Source: Fidelibacterota bacterium (GTDB lineage Bacteria > Fidelibacterota > Fidelibacteria > Fidelibacterales > Fidelibacteraceae). Taken from it: a stretch of 32,000 nucleotides of DNA. Below, piece after piece: positions 1 to 9,645 of this stretch. Both the position numbers and the translations under genes were made by a program. Location of the stretch: the NCBI GenBank assembly GCA_021157965.1, contig JAGGVO010000041.1, forward strand, positions 224,119-256,118, given 5' to 3'. The notes below the pieces were generated by a model. The model had not been told where the DNA came from, ran no database searches, and saw only the letters and a program-made list of their open reading frames with translations. Within the stretch, counting starts at the first letter, position 1, and each line of letters starts with the position of its first letter.

Positions 1-22
1 ATGATGATGTGTAATCTGGATT

Positions 23-454
23 TCATCGTTCCACCAGGGCTGTGGTTTGACCTCCCGGGAGGATGAAAAGGGCTTTTTTGCTTTCACCCCGTATCTCCGG
101 CGGTGAAATGATTCGGACCGGAGACGCCAGGATTTCATTCCATACACGGTCCATATCACTCACACGCATGACGATGGTGTCTGTTCCCGGGATTCCGGCT
201 GTTATTATGAAGCCCTTGTTAAAAACATAACATGTCCTGTCCTTTGTTATTACGTGATCCAGCTTCTTTATGCGAAGAACTTCCTCGAAAAAAAAAGCAT
301 CGGCTTCAGGATCCTGTGAGGGAACGACCCATTCTCCGGACAGGATAAGGGGTTCTTCCGGCAGGTTCCGAATCAGCGTCGTGTTGAAAAACCAGATAAT
401 AACGGCAATCAGGATAAGAATTGCCGAAACACGTTGTATGGGGCTAATGCTCAT
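23..454 (-). CDS. small single-TM hypothetical protein (start likely at internal Met MSISPIQRV)
   Basis: ORF 23..487 minus; N-terminal hydrophobic segment AILILIAVIIWFF; abuts/overlaps the end of the CPBP gene (444) in the same orientation. Confidence 0.5.
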   Translation of the reverse strand: MSISPIQRVSAILILIAVIIWFFNTTLIRNLPEEPLILSGEWVVPSQDPEADAFFFEEVLRIKKLDHVITKDRTCYVFNKGFIITAGIPGTDTIVMRVSDMDRVWNEILASPVRIISPPEIRGESKKALFILPGGQTTALVER

Positions 455-1121
455 GAAAAAAGACTTTTGCAGCTTTGGGAAAAACAAAGAGGTTCATCAG
501 GTTCACACTCAGGTGTATACCCCATGGCATGACGAGACTTTGGCGGGTGACGATAAAATATGAGAGAATCAGGCTTGTAATAAATATCCATACTGTGGCA
601 CTTATTTGCTGAATGTTGGTATGGACGAAGGCAAAGATGGCGGACAGGAGTATTGCCGCCCACAACCAGTGAGTCCATACGGAGATCAGTGCCATAAAAA
701 GGTAAGCCCGGAACAGAATCTCTTCCACCAATGAGGCGCTCAGGTTAATGGCAAAAGCCCAGCGGCGCTGGACAGGGGTTTGGGGGATGAGTTCGTCCTG
801 CCGGGACAGGCGCTCGATGGGTGATTCACCTTTAATACGGCTGATAAGCCATTCCAGAAAAAGAAAAAGGAAGGAAAGAACTGCTCCGGCCAAAAGACCC
901 AGGACCAAATCAGGGATCAGATTCTCCAGGGTAAATAATCCACCAACACGGGATAACCACCGGTATAAAGAATCGTATTTAAGGGGATTTATGGAATAGA
1001 AAAGCCAGACAATGGCCGGAATGGCAGCGGTAAAGAGCCATAAAAAAATCTGCTGATAGAATCCAATGGGACTCCACACCAATGAGGCAGAAATTTTAAG
1101 GTCATTCGGGTCCTTGTCCAT
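444..1121 (-). CDS. CPBP family intramembrane metalloprotease (Abi/CAAX-like)
   Basis: Multiple TM segments; motifs SLVEEILFRAYLF (EExxxR) and FAFVHTN (HxxxN). Confidence 0.85.
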   Translation of the reverse strand: MDKDPNDLKISASLVWSPIGFYQQIFLWLFTAAIPAIVWLFYSINPLKYDSLYRWLSRVGGLFTLENLIPDLVLGLLAGAVLSFLFLFLEWLISRIKGESPIERLSRQDELIPQTPVQRRWAFAINLSASLVEEILFRAYLFMALISVWTHWLWAAILLSAIFAFVHTNIQQISATVWIFITSLILSYFIVTRQSLVMPWGIHLSVNLMNLFVFPKAAKVFFHEH

Positions 1122-1138
1122 ATTTCCTTATCACAGGT

Positions 1139-1627
1139 TTACAGGGTTTTTTTGATTTCTTCCTCCCAGAAGGTGCGGGGACGGTAGCCGGTTACTTTGT
1201 TGACAATTCTGCCTTTTTTATCGATAACGAAGGTTGTGGGAATGCTTTGAAAATTGTCGTAATTCCTGACCACTTCCGGTGTAAACATAACTACGGGATA
1301 TTGAATCCCCATGTTCTGAATGTATTTATCCACTGCTTCCCAGCCGGTCTGGTCAACTGAAACTCCCACGATCATAAGACCATCCTCTTTATACTGATCA
1401 TACAAATCGATAAAATCGGGAATTTCGCGCTGGCAGGGTGGACACCAGGTGGCCCAGAAGTTCAAAATAATCATTTTTCCTTTATGATCGGACAAAATAA
1501 AGGTTTCCCCGTATCCGTTACGGAGTGTGAAATCCGGTGCATCTTTCAGGTTTTCTTTATTCTTATTGCATCCGGTCAGCATCATGGTCATGACCAGTAT
1601 AGACATCACAAACAAGCTTTTTTTCAT
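1139..1627 (-). CDS. TlpA/ResA-like thioredoxin-fold lipoprotein
   Basis: Lipobox MLTGC; NFWATWCPPCQREIPDF redox motif; IPTTFVIDKKGRIV. Confidence 0.9.
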   Translation of the reverse strand: MKKSLFVMSILVMTMMLTGCNKNKENLKDAPDFTLRNGYGETFILSDHKGKMIILNFWATWCPPCQREIPDFIDLYDQYKEDGLMIVGVSVDQTGWEAVDKYIQNMGIQYPVVMFTPEVVRNYDNFQSIPTTFVIDKKGRIVNKVTGYRPRTFWEEEIKKTL

Positions 1628-1640
1628 TTTACGTCTCCTG

Positions 1641-1696
1641 TTTTTCTTTTAACCTTTTTAACCATCACGTTTGTTTTTAGGCGGTTAAAAGAAAAA
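1641..1696. repeat. 14-bp perfect inverted repeat (TTTTTCTTTTAACC / GGTTAAAAGAAAAA) between aroQ-type gene and the thioredoxin gene
   Basis: Arms 1641-1654 and 1683-1696 read directly; 28-nt spacer. Confidence 0.7.
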
Positions 1697-1699
1697 AAG

Positions 1700-2167
1700 T
1701 TACAACTTTCCGGACTTCAACCGGCCAACCAGAAATTCCAGACCTTCCAGGTAACTCTGTTCTTTTTTTCCGGAAAATGTGGCAAGGCATACATCACGAA
1801 TCATGGACACCCGCCGAAAGGGATCACGCGAACTGATATCCGAAAGGTGAATTTCCACGACAGGGATTTTTATCAACTCAATGGCGTCCCGGATGGCAAT
1901 GCTGGTATGGGTATACGCGGCAGGATTTATCAGGATGCCGTCCACATATTTTCGCTGCCGTTGTAAGAGCGTTACCAGATTTCCTTCATGGTTAGTCTGA
2001 TAAAATTTGACATCTACATCCAGCTCCCGGGCCTTTTTACGGATGAGCGTGTTCAGTTTATCCAGGGTCAGACGGCCGTAGTGTTTCGGATCCCGGTGTC
2101 CCAGCAGATTCAAATTGGGGCCATGAAGTACAAGAATTTTTAGTTTTTTTTCAGATGGCTTTGACAA
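1700..2167 (-). CDS. aroQ: 3-dehydroquinate dehydratase, type II
   Basis: LHGPNLNLLGHRDPKHYG, NHEGNLV, INPAAYTHTSIAIRDA, VEIHLSDISSRDPFRRVS. Confidence 0.93.
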   Translation of the reverse strand: MSKPSEKKLKILVLHGPNLNLLGHRDPKHYGRLTLDKLNTLIRKKARELDVDVKFYQTNHEGNLVTLLQRQRKYVDGILINPAAYTHTSIAIRDAIELIKIPVVEIHLSDISSRDPFRRVSMIRDVCLATFSGKKEQSYLEGLEFLVGRLKSGKL

Positions 2168-3260
2168 ACTGAAGGTCCTTTACCCATTCAAGAGTTTCGT
2201 AAATAATGGATTTTGGGACATCATCCCGGATCACGGCATCGCCGATTTTTTGCAGAAGCACAAACTGGATTTTCCCGTTCCGAACTTTTTTATCGTGCGT
2301 CATGGCTTCGTACATCCGGTCGGTATCGTATTTTTTCAGGGATCCGGGGACAGGTATCCGCAGGAGATGCTGAATATATTGTTGAGAGACATCCGCCGGA
2401 AGGAGGCCCATGTCGGTGCTGAGTTTTAAGGCGGCACACATACCGATAATGACAGCCTCGCCGTGGGTGTACGTTCCGTAGCCTGCCGTATGTTCCACGG
2501 CGTGGCCAATGGTGTGGCCGAAATTCAGTACCATCCGCAAATTGCTTTCATGTTCATCGGCTGATACAATGAAGGACTTGATCTCAATAGCCCGGATAAT
2601 GGCCGCATTCACATGATCCAGGTTTTTCAGGGTTAGAATCTCGGAAAAATTTTCCAGGAGGAACTGTGTAAAAATACGGTCCCTGATAAACCCATATTTA
2701 ATTACTTCTCCAAAACCGGAAACCCTCTGGCGGAATTCCAGGGTTTTAAGAACCGTCGGATCGACAATCACAATTTTCGGCTGATAGATGGCTCCAATCA
2801 GGTTTTTCCCCCGGGCATGATTGATGCCCACCTTCCCGCCAATGGAAGAATCCACCTGGGCCAGAAGGGTTGTAGGGATCTGTACCAGATTCATACCCCG
2901 GTATATGGTGGCTGCCAGAAAACCTGCCGTATCCCCTACGACGCCACCTCCCAGGGCGATGACTGTGGATCCCCGGTCCATCTTTAAATCCAGCATGGTA
3001 TCATACAGATACTGTACCGTTTTCAGGTTTTTGTTGGCTTCCCCGCTGGGCATGAGAATATAGCAAACCTGAAAGCCCTCTTGTTTCAGCGATTTTTCCA
3101 CCACATTCTTATAAAGGGCTGATACATGCTGACTGGATACAAGTACCACACGAGAGCTGATATTCAATTTTTTCAGTATGCTTCCCACAGTGGGAAGGCT
3201 CTCGTTTTTTACGTAGATGGGATAACTGCGTTCGTGAAGGTCTACTCGTATTTTATGCAT
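2151..3260 (-). CDS. aroB: 3-dehydroquinate synthase
   Basis: IALGGGVVGDTAGFLAATIYRGMNLVQIPTTLLAQVDSSIGGKVGIN; LNFGHTIGHAVE. Confidence 0.95.
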   Translation of the reverse strand: MHKIRVDLHERSYPIYVKNESLPTVGSILKKLNISSRVVLVSSQHVSALYKNVVEKSLKQEGFQVCYILMPSGEANKNLKTVQYLYDTMLDLKMDRGSTVIALGGGVVGDTAGFLAATIYRGMNLVQIPTTLLAQVDSSIGGKVGINHARGKNLIGAIYQPKIVIVDPTVLKTLEFRQRVSGFGEVIKYGFIRDRIFTQFLLENFSEILTLKNLDHVNAAIIRAIEIKSFIVSADEHESNLRMVLNFGHTIGHAVEHTAGYGTYTHGEAVIIGMCAALKLSTDMGLLPADVSQQYIQHLLRIPVPGSLKKYDTDRMYEAMTHDKKVRNGKIQFVLLQKIGDAVIRDDVPKSIIYETLEWVKDLQFVKAI

Positions 3261-3765
3261 TTTTTTTATCTAACTTTTCAAGAATTTCCCGAACGATGTC
3301 ACGGATGCTTCTTCCGTCGGTTTGAATATAATAATTCGCTTGTTTATAAACAAAAGTTCGTTTGTCCAGAATTTGCTGAATGTGAGCCGGCTGGAGAGGT
3401 TGAGGTAACAGAGGCCTGTTTTCACTCATTTTTACACGCTCCAGGATAGTTTGGGGTTCCGCCTGCAGCCAGATGACCACTCCCGTGGACTTCATCCATT
3501 CCCGGTTTCTTTCGTCCAGAGGAAATCCACCGCCGGTGGCAATGACCATATCAGAGGTATTGGGAAGAGGATCATGTTTTATGTCTCTTTCCAGTTTCCG
3601 GAAAGCCTCTTCACCTTCTGTCCGGAATATTTCCGGAATGCTCTTCCCTGTCTTTTTTTCCAGATAATGGTCCAGATCCAAAAAGGTGCATTTGAGTGAT
3701 TTTGCCAGAGCCTGGCCCACTTCGGTCTTGCCGGTTCCCATCATACCTGTCAGGAAGATGATCAT
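3253..3765 (-). CDS. aroK: shikimate kinase
   Basis: P-loop GMMGTGKTEVG; FLDLDHYLEKKTGKSIPEIF; VIATGGGF; RPLL. Confidence 0.93.
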   Translation of the reverse strand: MIIFLTGMMGTGKTEVGQALAKSLKCTFLDLDHYLEKKTGKSIPEIFRTEGEEAFRKLERDIKHDPLPNTSDMVIATGGGFPLDERNREWMKSTGVVIWLQAEPQTILERVKMSENRPLLPQPLQPAHIQQILDKRTFVYKQANYYIQTDGRSIRDIVREILEKLDKKNA

Positions 3766-4901
3766 TGGAATGCTTCCCGGTGTTTCAGGGTTTCTTCCCA
3801 GCTGTCTCCGCCGAATTTCATGAGAAAAGCCTCAAGAAGGGGAATAGCCGTGACATTTTCGGCTACGACGGAGGCTGCCGGGACGGCACAACTGTCTGTC
3901 CGTTCTTTATGAGCAGATGTCTGCTTTCCTGTTTTCAAATCCACGCTGGCCAGAGGTTTGGAGAGGGTGGGGATGGGTTTCATGACGGCGGAGAAAATCA
4001 GGTCGCAGCCGTTGCTCATCCCTCCTTCAATCCCGCCGCTATGATTGGTGCTCCGGTAAATTTTCCCCTCTTTTATTTCAAGGGGGTCGTGGACACGGCT
4101 TCCCGGGAGTTCAGCTGCTTTAAATCCCAGGCCGAATTCAATCCCGCGGATGGCGGGAATCCCAAGGATTTGAGCGGCAATCATGGATGTCAGGCGCTCG
4201 TTCCATTGGGTATAACTCCCAAGACCTACAGGCAGATTCCGAACGGCGACACGGAACAGGCCTCCCAGGGAATCACCCTCTTTCCGGGCAGTGTCAATAG
4301 CTTTTATCATCAATTTTTCCGTCTTGGAATCCGGACAACGTACGGGAGATTTATCTGCCTGAATCCAGTCTGCCACAGGAGGCATGTGTTCTGGATCCAC
4401 TCCTGCCGGACCGATCCGTGTGACAATAGAGTAAAGAGAGATGCCGGCATTTTCAAGAAACTGGCGGCATACGGCCCCGGCCAGAGTTCGGACTGCAGTT
4501 TCGCGGGCACTGGCTCGCTCCAGAATATTCCGAAGATCGTCGGTTTTATACTTCAGCATGCCGGCGTAATCGGCATGACCGGGCCGGGGGACTGAAATTT
4601 TTTCCGACAAATCTGCCCGGACCGGGTCCATCGTTTTCTTCCAGTTTTCAAAATCCCGATTCCGGATGATACAGGCGAGGGGACTTCCAAGAGTCATGCT
4701 GTTTCGCAGTCCGGAAAGAATTTCCACCCGATCCGTCTCAATTCTCATCCGGCCACCCCGTCCGTAACCCTTCTGACGGCGACTCAGCTGTCGATTGATT
4801 TCATCCACATCTAAGCGGAATCCCGATGGGAGACCGTGGATGATAACGCTGAGTGCCGGACCGTGACTTTCACCGGCCGTGATACATTGGATTCGTTTCA
4901 T
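3762..4901 (-). CDS. aroC: chorismate synthase (start at MKRIQCITAGESHG rather than ORF-track 4985)
   Basis: TAGESHGPAL, RQKGYGRGGRM, RPGHADYAGMLKY, RASARETA; the 4901 start gives an ATGA overlap with the aroE stop. Confidence 0.94.
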   Translation of the reverse strand: MKRIQCITAGESHGPALSVIIHGLPSGFRLDVDEINRQLSRRQKGYGRGGRMRIETDRVEILSGLRNSMTLGSPLACIIRNRDFENWKKTMDPVRADLSEKISVPRPGHADYAGMLKYKTDDLRNILERASARETAVRTLAGAVCRQFLENAGISLYSIVTRIGPAGVDPEHMPPVADWIQADKSPVRCPDSKTEKLMIKAIDTARKEGDSLGGLFRVAVRNLPVGLGSYTQWNERLTSMIAAQILGIPAIRGIEFGLGFKAAELPGSRVHDPLEIKEGKIYRSTNHSGGIEGGMSNGCDLIFSAVMKPIPTLSKPLASVDLKTGKQTSAHKERTDSCAVPAASVVAENVTAIPLLEAFLMKFGGDSWEETLKHREAFQ

Positions 4902-5722
4902 GATGACATCCCCGTTTGTTTTATGATCGCCAGGCGGAGAGACTCCCGGTTGATTTTTTTCACGATGCCGGGCTCTTTTCGCCAAATGGCCTGGCTGTCA
5001 AGCGCTTGTTCAATGAGAAGTCCCAGACCATCTGCCGTTTCAATGCCATAATGCCGGAAATAACGTTGGAAATGGGTAGGCAAAGGTGCGTAATTCAAAT
5101 CAAGAAAGCTGTCCCCGGCCCTGGGGATTACCTGAAAAACCGCCGGAATTTCCGGATGGTTGACCGATCCTGCAGGTGTTGCATTGATCCAAAGTGTAGA
5201 TCCGGAATAGACCTCCTTTTCTGAATAGGGCAGAAGGTTGAATCGTGCGCAGAATTTCCGGATTGTTTCAGGAGATCTTCCGGCAATATAAATAGCATGA
5301 ATACCCTGTGATTTCAGGGCGTTGACTACCGCCGGGGCCACACCACCGTATCCAAAGAGAACATAGCGGTTAAATGAGGTGTAACCCTCAGCCTTCAGGA
5401 TCCGGACCATCCCCGTCATGTCCGTGTTCCATGCCTGGATTTCTGAATCGGAAAAATACAGCGTATTTGCCGAGCCGCATTGTTTTGCACTGATATCCTG
5501 CTGCCGGGCAAAGGGGAGGACATCTTTTTTGTAGGGGATAGTTATGTTGACTCCTGTATATCCCTCCTGTTGCAGGCGGGACAGGGTTTTTTCCAGATCG
5601 GACGGTGGAATATCAAACCGTTCATATTGAAGTGAAAGTAAACCGGTTTTTTTCCCAATAAGGGTGTGAAGGTATGGGCTGATGGAGTAGGCAATATGAT
5701 GTCCGATAATCCCCAGTTTCAT
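4898..5722 (-). CDS. aroE: shikimate dehydrogenase
   Basis: LGIIGHHIAYSISPYLHT, GVNITIPYKKDVL, NTDMTGM, LFGYGGVAPAVVNAL, INATPAGS. Confidence 0.92.
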   Translation of the reverse strand: MKLGIIGHHIAYSISPYLHTLIGKKTGLLSLQYERFDIPPSDLEKTLSRLQQEGYTGVNITIPYKKDVLPFARQQDISAKQCGSANTLYFSDSEIQAWNTDMTGMVRILKAEGYTSFNRYVLFGYGGVAPAVVNALKSQGIHAIYIAGRSPETIRKFCARFNLLPYSEKEVYSGSTLWINATPAGSVNHPEIPAVFQVIPRAGDSFLDLNYAPLPTHFQRYFRHYGIETADGLGLLIEQALDSQAIWRKEPGIVKKINRESLRLAIIKQTGMSS

Positions 5723-5725
5723 AAT

Positions 5726-7015
5726 TTACTGCCGGATTTTTTCAAGTGTGCTGAAGAAATCCGGATAGCTGATATCCACAACCGAGTAATCTTCGATAAT
5801 CACGGGGTCTGAAGCAATCAACCCGGCAATGGCCATGGTCATGGCGATCCGGTGGTCCATATAGGCATTAACGATGCCGCCGTGAAGGGGCGTGGAACCG
5901 TGGATTGTCATACCGTCCTCGTGTTCTTCAATCTCGGCACCCAGGGTTTTCAGACATGCAACGGTTGTGGCGATGCGGTCACTCTCTTTCACACGGAGTT
6001 CCCGGGCACCGCGAACGCGCGTGATTCCCTTTGCCTGAGTGGCGATGAGCGCCAGTATGGGAATTTCATCAATGAGGTCGGGAATATTTCTGGATGTCAC
6101 GGAAAATCCCTGGAGTTCTGAACTTTTTACAACAATATCTCCATAGGGTTCATGACTTCTTTTTTCTTCACTGCAGTGAATATCGGCACCGGCATTTTGC
6201 AGAAGCCTGATATATGCAATGCGCGTGGGATTCAGGCTGACATTGTTCAGGACAATGCGGCTTTTAGGAAGTAAAAGTGCCGCTGCCACCCAAAATGCAG
6301 CTGAGGAAGGATCAGCGGGCACATTATATTCAAATCCGGGAATCGGCCGTTTCAGGGTATGGACCATCCACGTGTTTTTCTTTTTGAATATGGGAATGCC
6401 CAGCATTTTCATCATCCGCTCGGTATGATCCCTGCACCGGACCGGTTCAGTCACATGGGTTTTACCCTCTGCCAGGAGTCCGGCCAGCAGGATGGCGGAT
6501 TTGACCTGTGCACTGGCCACAGGCAGGGTGTAGCGGATTCCTTTGAGTTTCGAGGGAAAAATATTTAAAGGCAGATGACCATCCGTACTGTCAAAGACGG
6601 CATTCATTTTTGACAGGGGCTCAATTATCCGTCCCATGGGCCGGCGGGAGAGAGATTCGTCACCGTAGAGAACCGATTCAAAGGACTGTCCTGCCAGAAG
6701 TCCGGCAAGAAGGCGGGTTGTGGTTCCGGAGTTCCCGCAATTAAAGGCGGTTTTATCCTCTCCGGACCAGCCATGAAGCCCCGGGCTCTTTACATTGACG
6801 GTATAGCGGCCCAATTGAAAATGAACTCCTACTTTTTGCAGGCATGCTATGGTTGAAAGGACATCCACACCTTTATTCAGATAGCGGATTTTGGATTTTC
6901 CTTTGGCAATGGCGGCAAAAATCAAGGCCCGGTGACTGATGGATTTGTCCCCCGGAAGCGAGATTTTTCCCCGGACCCGTTCAGCGGGTATTATTTTGCA
7001 GGTGTTTTTAATCAT
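5726..7015 (-). CDS. aroA: 3-phosphoshikimate 1-carboxyvinyltransferase (EPSP synthase)
   Basis: LPGDKSISHRALIFAAIAKG, FNCGNSGTTTRLLAG, RRPMGRIIEPL, VKSAILLAGLLAEG, DHRIAMTMAIAG. Confidence 0.95.
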   Translation of the reverse strand: MIKNTCKIIPAERVRGKISLPGDKSISHRALIFAAIAKGKSKIRYLNKGVDVLSTIACLQKVGVHFQLGRYTVNVKSPGLHGWSGEDKTAFNCGNSGTTTRLLAGLLAGQSFESVLYGDESLSRRPMGRIIEPLSKMNAVFDSTDGHLPLNIFPSKLKGIRYTLPVASAQVKSAILLAGLLAEGKTHVTEPVRCRDHTERMMKMLGIPIFKKKNTWMVHTLKRPIPGFEYNVPADPSSAAFWVAAALLLPKSRIVLNNVSLNPTRIAYIRLLQNAGADIHCSEEKRSHEPYGDIVVKSSELQGFSVTSRNIPDLIDEIPILALIATQAKGITRVRGARELRVKESDRIATTVACLKTLGAEIEEHEDGMTIHGSTPLHGGIVNAYMDHRIAMTMAIAGLIASDPVIIEDYSVVDISYPDFFSTLEKIRQ

Positions 7016-8315
7016 CCATGATAACGGAAATAAAATCCGTGATATTGTAATCCAAATCCTGAATACCGGAACGGATTAGTTTCAAATTATGCAATTTTAC
7101 ACAAGTTTCGGGGGCAATCACAAAGGCATTTTGTGGAATATCTCCCCGTGACAGCATCGCGGCGGCTGCGGCGGTGTCCCGTTCTTCCACCTGAGGGATG
7201 TCAGGATAGTGGGTACTCAGATAGCTTTTGCACTGACGCAGGGCCTGAAGGTGTGAATGTATTGATGCCGGCTTTCCCTCAAAATCCGGCCGGGATAAAA
7301 GGCACTGTTTGACCAGAAAGGGGAAATGACCTGAAATTTTGCAGCGGGTCCCGGCGAGATGGGTCAGGGTTTCCTGAACTACACCGCCTACGGCATTCTG
7401 TATAGGCAGCAAACCGATGTCAATGCGTCCCAGTTCAAGATGCTCCAGCACATTTTCCGCCGATGTCAGGCAAAGCACTTCCCCGTTCACAAGCTGACGA
7501 TCCCGGATATACTGTAAAGCCGCCTCATGGGAAAAACTTCCCTCATCACCCATGGCACCGACACGGACCTTTTCTTTCCGGATGTTGAAGGACTCCTTTC
7601 GTATCAGAGACGCCACTGTATGGGTCGCTTTCATGAAAGCTCTGAACATTTCCGAGGAATGTTCATTGTACATAAGCATATCTCTGAAAAGCTGTGACGT
7701 GTCATGGCTGCAAAAGGTCTCTACTGCCCGGAGCATGCCGTATCCCTTGGTAGGTGTTTTAGACTCGGGCAAATTCAGGGTCAGAAGAATATTTCCTATA
7801 AAATGGGTGAGGCCCTGGGACTCGGCAATGTGTTTGTCATGTTCATCAGGACTTAAAATCCGGGTAAAAAAATGCCATTCCTGAAAAGTATCCCGCCATG
7901 TTTCGGCCAGTTGGGGGTATTGACCGGAAGGTGTGAGGATAATCAGGTTGACCCGGTTTTCCGCATAGCTGTCCGGACCAAAAAGAGGGTGAATCCCCAG
8001 ATGGGGGATATGGGGAATGATCTCATCCATCCACCGTACAGGATAAGCCTTCACCGATCCTGTATCAATGACTATAGATGTTGAATTGATTTTGTCCCGG
8101 TTTTCATGAAGAAAGGCCGGAATGGCCGATATGGGGATGCAGAGAAAAATCACCTCTTTTTGAAGTGCCTCATCCAGGGACACCTGTCTGATTTTCTTTT
8201 CAGGGGTTACGGAATTTATGTCGTAGACAGATACTGTCCCGTACCGGGCAAGGATAGAGGCAAAAACCCGGCCGAAACGGCCGTAACCGATGATAGCAAA
8301 TTCACGGGATTTCAT
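7008..8315 (-). CDS. fusion: prephenate dehydrogenase (TyrA) N-terminal part + prephenate dehydratase-like C-terminal domain
   Basis: N-term Rossmann IIGYGRFG, LGIHPLFGPDS, LSPDEHDKHIAESQGLTHF; C-term VGAMGDEGSFSHEAALQY, PIQNAVGGVVQETL, HSHLQALRQC, DTAAAAAML, YNITDFISV. Confidence 0.88.
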   Translation of the reverse strand: MKSREFAIIGYGRFGRVFASILARYGTVSVYDINSVTPEKKIRQVSLDEALQKEVIFLCIPISAIPAFLHENRDKINSTSIVIDTGSVKAYPVRWMDEIIPHIPHLGIHPLFGPDSYAENRVNLIILTPSGQYPQLAETWRDTFQEWHFFTRILSPDEHDKHIAESQGLTHFIGNILLTLNLPESKTPTKGYGMLRAVETFCSHDTSQLFRDMLMYNEHSSEMFRAFMKATHTVASLIRKESFNIRKEKVRVGAMGDEGSFSHEAALQYIRDRQLVNGEVLCLTSAENVLEHLELGRIDIGLLPIQNAVGGVVQETLTHLAGTRCKISGHFPFLVKQCLLSRPDFEGKPASIHSHLQALRQCKSYLSTHYPDIPQVEERDTAAAAAMLSRGDIPQNAFVIAPETCVKLHNLKLIRSGIQDLDYNITDFISVIMDD

Positions 8316-9334
8316 TTTTTCAGCAATCCCCGCCCGATCACCTGACTGATGATATGGAGCTCTTTCATAAGATGGTTGAATTGTTTGGGGTAGAGGGATT
8401 GAGGCCCGTCAGAGAGAGCATTGATGGGATCGTCATGAACTTCCACCATGATGCCGTCCGCTCCGGCGGCTACGGCAGCCCGGGCCATGGGAACCACAAG
8501 CTCCCGGTTTCCCATGGCATGGCTTGGATCCACAATGATGGGTAAATGGGACAATTTTTTCACTACGGGGACTGAAGAGAGGTCCAGGGTAAAACGGGTG
8601 GAATTTTCAAATGTCCGGATCCCGCGTTCACATAAAATCACCTTTGAATTTCCGCCGTTCACAATATATTCGGCGGCATTCAGCCACTCTTCCACTGTGG
8701 CGGAGATGCCCCGTTTGAGGATCACCGGCTTGTCTACAGTCCCCAGGGCTTTGAGAAGGCTGTAATTCTGCATATTCCGGGCACCGACCTGAAGGGCATC
8801 CACATATTTGCAAAACAGGTCGATATCCGATATGGCCATCACTTCGGAAACACAGGGGATCCCCGATGCAAAGGCCGCATCCTGCAGGTATTTCAGTCCC
8901 TCTTCTCCCAGTCCCTGAAAGGTATAGGGGGATGACCGGGGTTTGTATGCACCGCCCCGGAGTACATGAGCACCGTAACGTTTGATTTCCCGGGAGAGCT
9001 TGTGAACCATCTTTTCATTTTCCACGGAGCAGGGACCGGCGATGACGGCGATTTCTTTGCCCCCGAAGGGGACTTTCCCCACATGGACAATGGTGTTTGA
9101 CGGCTTAAATGTCCGGGAACACTGTTTATAACTTTCTGATATCCGGATGACTTTGTTAACACCGTCAAACCCTTTGATTTTTTCGATGTCAACCCGGGAA
9201 ATATCTCCGATAATCCCAAGGATCATGTGATCTTCACCCCGGGATTTATGTATTTTCAGATCTAGTTTGTGCAGGTGCTCGGAAATCTGTTCGATTTGGG
9301 CGTCCTTTGCGCCCTGATTCATTACAATAATCAT
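8312..9334 (-). CDS. aroF: 3-deoxy-7-phosphoheptulonate synthase (class I beta, ferredoxin-like N-terminus)
   Basis: VIAGPCSVENEKMV, LRGGAYKPRSSPYTFQGLGEEGL, QVGARNMQNYSLLKALG, PVILKRGISATVEEWLNAAEYI, PIIVDPSHAMG. Confidence 0.95.
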   Translation of the reverse strand: MIIVMNQGAKDAQIEQISEHLHKLDLKIHKSRGEDHMILGIIGDISRVDIEKIKGFDGVNKVIRISESYKQCSRTFKPSNTIVHVGKVPFGGKEIAVIAGPCSVENEKMVHKLSREIKRYGAHVLRGGAYKPRSSPYTFQGLGEEGLKYLQDAAFASGIPCVSEVMAISDIDLFCKYVDALQVGARNMQNYSLLKALGTVDKPVILKRGISATVEEWLNAAEYIVNGGNSKVILCERGIRTFENSTRFTLDLSSVPVVKKLSHLPIIVDPSHAMGNRELVVPMARAAVAAGADGIMVEVHDDPINALSDGPQSLYPKQFNHLMKELHIISQVIGRGLLKK

Positions 9335-9636
9335 GATGAATGCTCCTTGTTCTCATTCGTATCTCTGGCACCCTCTTGTCCGGCCTTACGTCCAAGGGCA
9401 ATGATCTGCGTGAACAAGGCTTTCAGGTCCGCTGGTTTTAAAAAGCGGGATTGAACGCCCTCCAGGGAGTGATAAATTTCCTCTTCACGTCCCGGAACCG
9501 TCACAGGTTGTCCTGTTTTCCCCTTCTCCCTCCCGATCTGGTAGGCCAGTTCCATCCTTTTGGTTAAAAGTTCGACCAAAGATTTGTCGATACTGTCAAT
9601 TTGGCTCCGGAGAGATTGTATGATTGTTTCATCCAT
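9331..9636 (-). CDS. chorismate mutase, AroQ class (type II)
   Basis: LRSQIDSIDKSLVELLTKRMELAYQIGREK helix with conserved R/D/K pattern; position directly upstream of DAHP synthase. Confidence 0.9.
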   Translation of the reverse strand: MDETIIQSLRSQIDSIDKSLVELLTKRMELAYQIGREKGKTGQPVTVPGREEEIYHSLEGVQSRFLKPADLKALFTQIIALGRKAGQEGARDTNENKEHSS

Positions 9637-9645
9637 GGGAAGAAT

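Noticed and set aside
3765-4595. 276-aa plus-strand ORF
   Set aside because: Antisense to aroC, with no recognisable motifs; opposite-strand shadow ORF.
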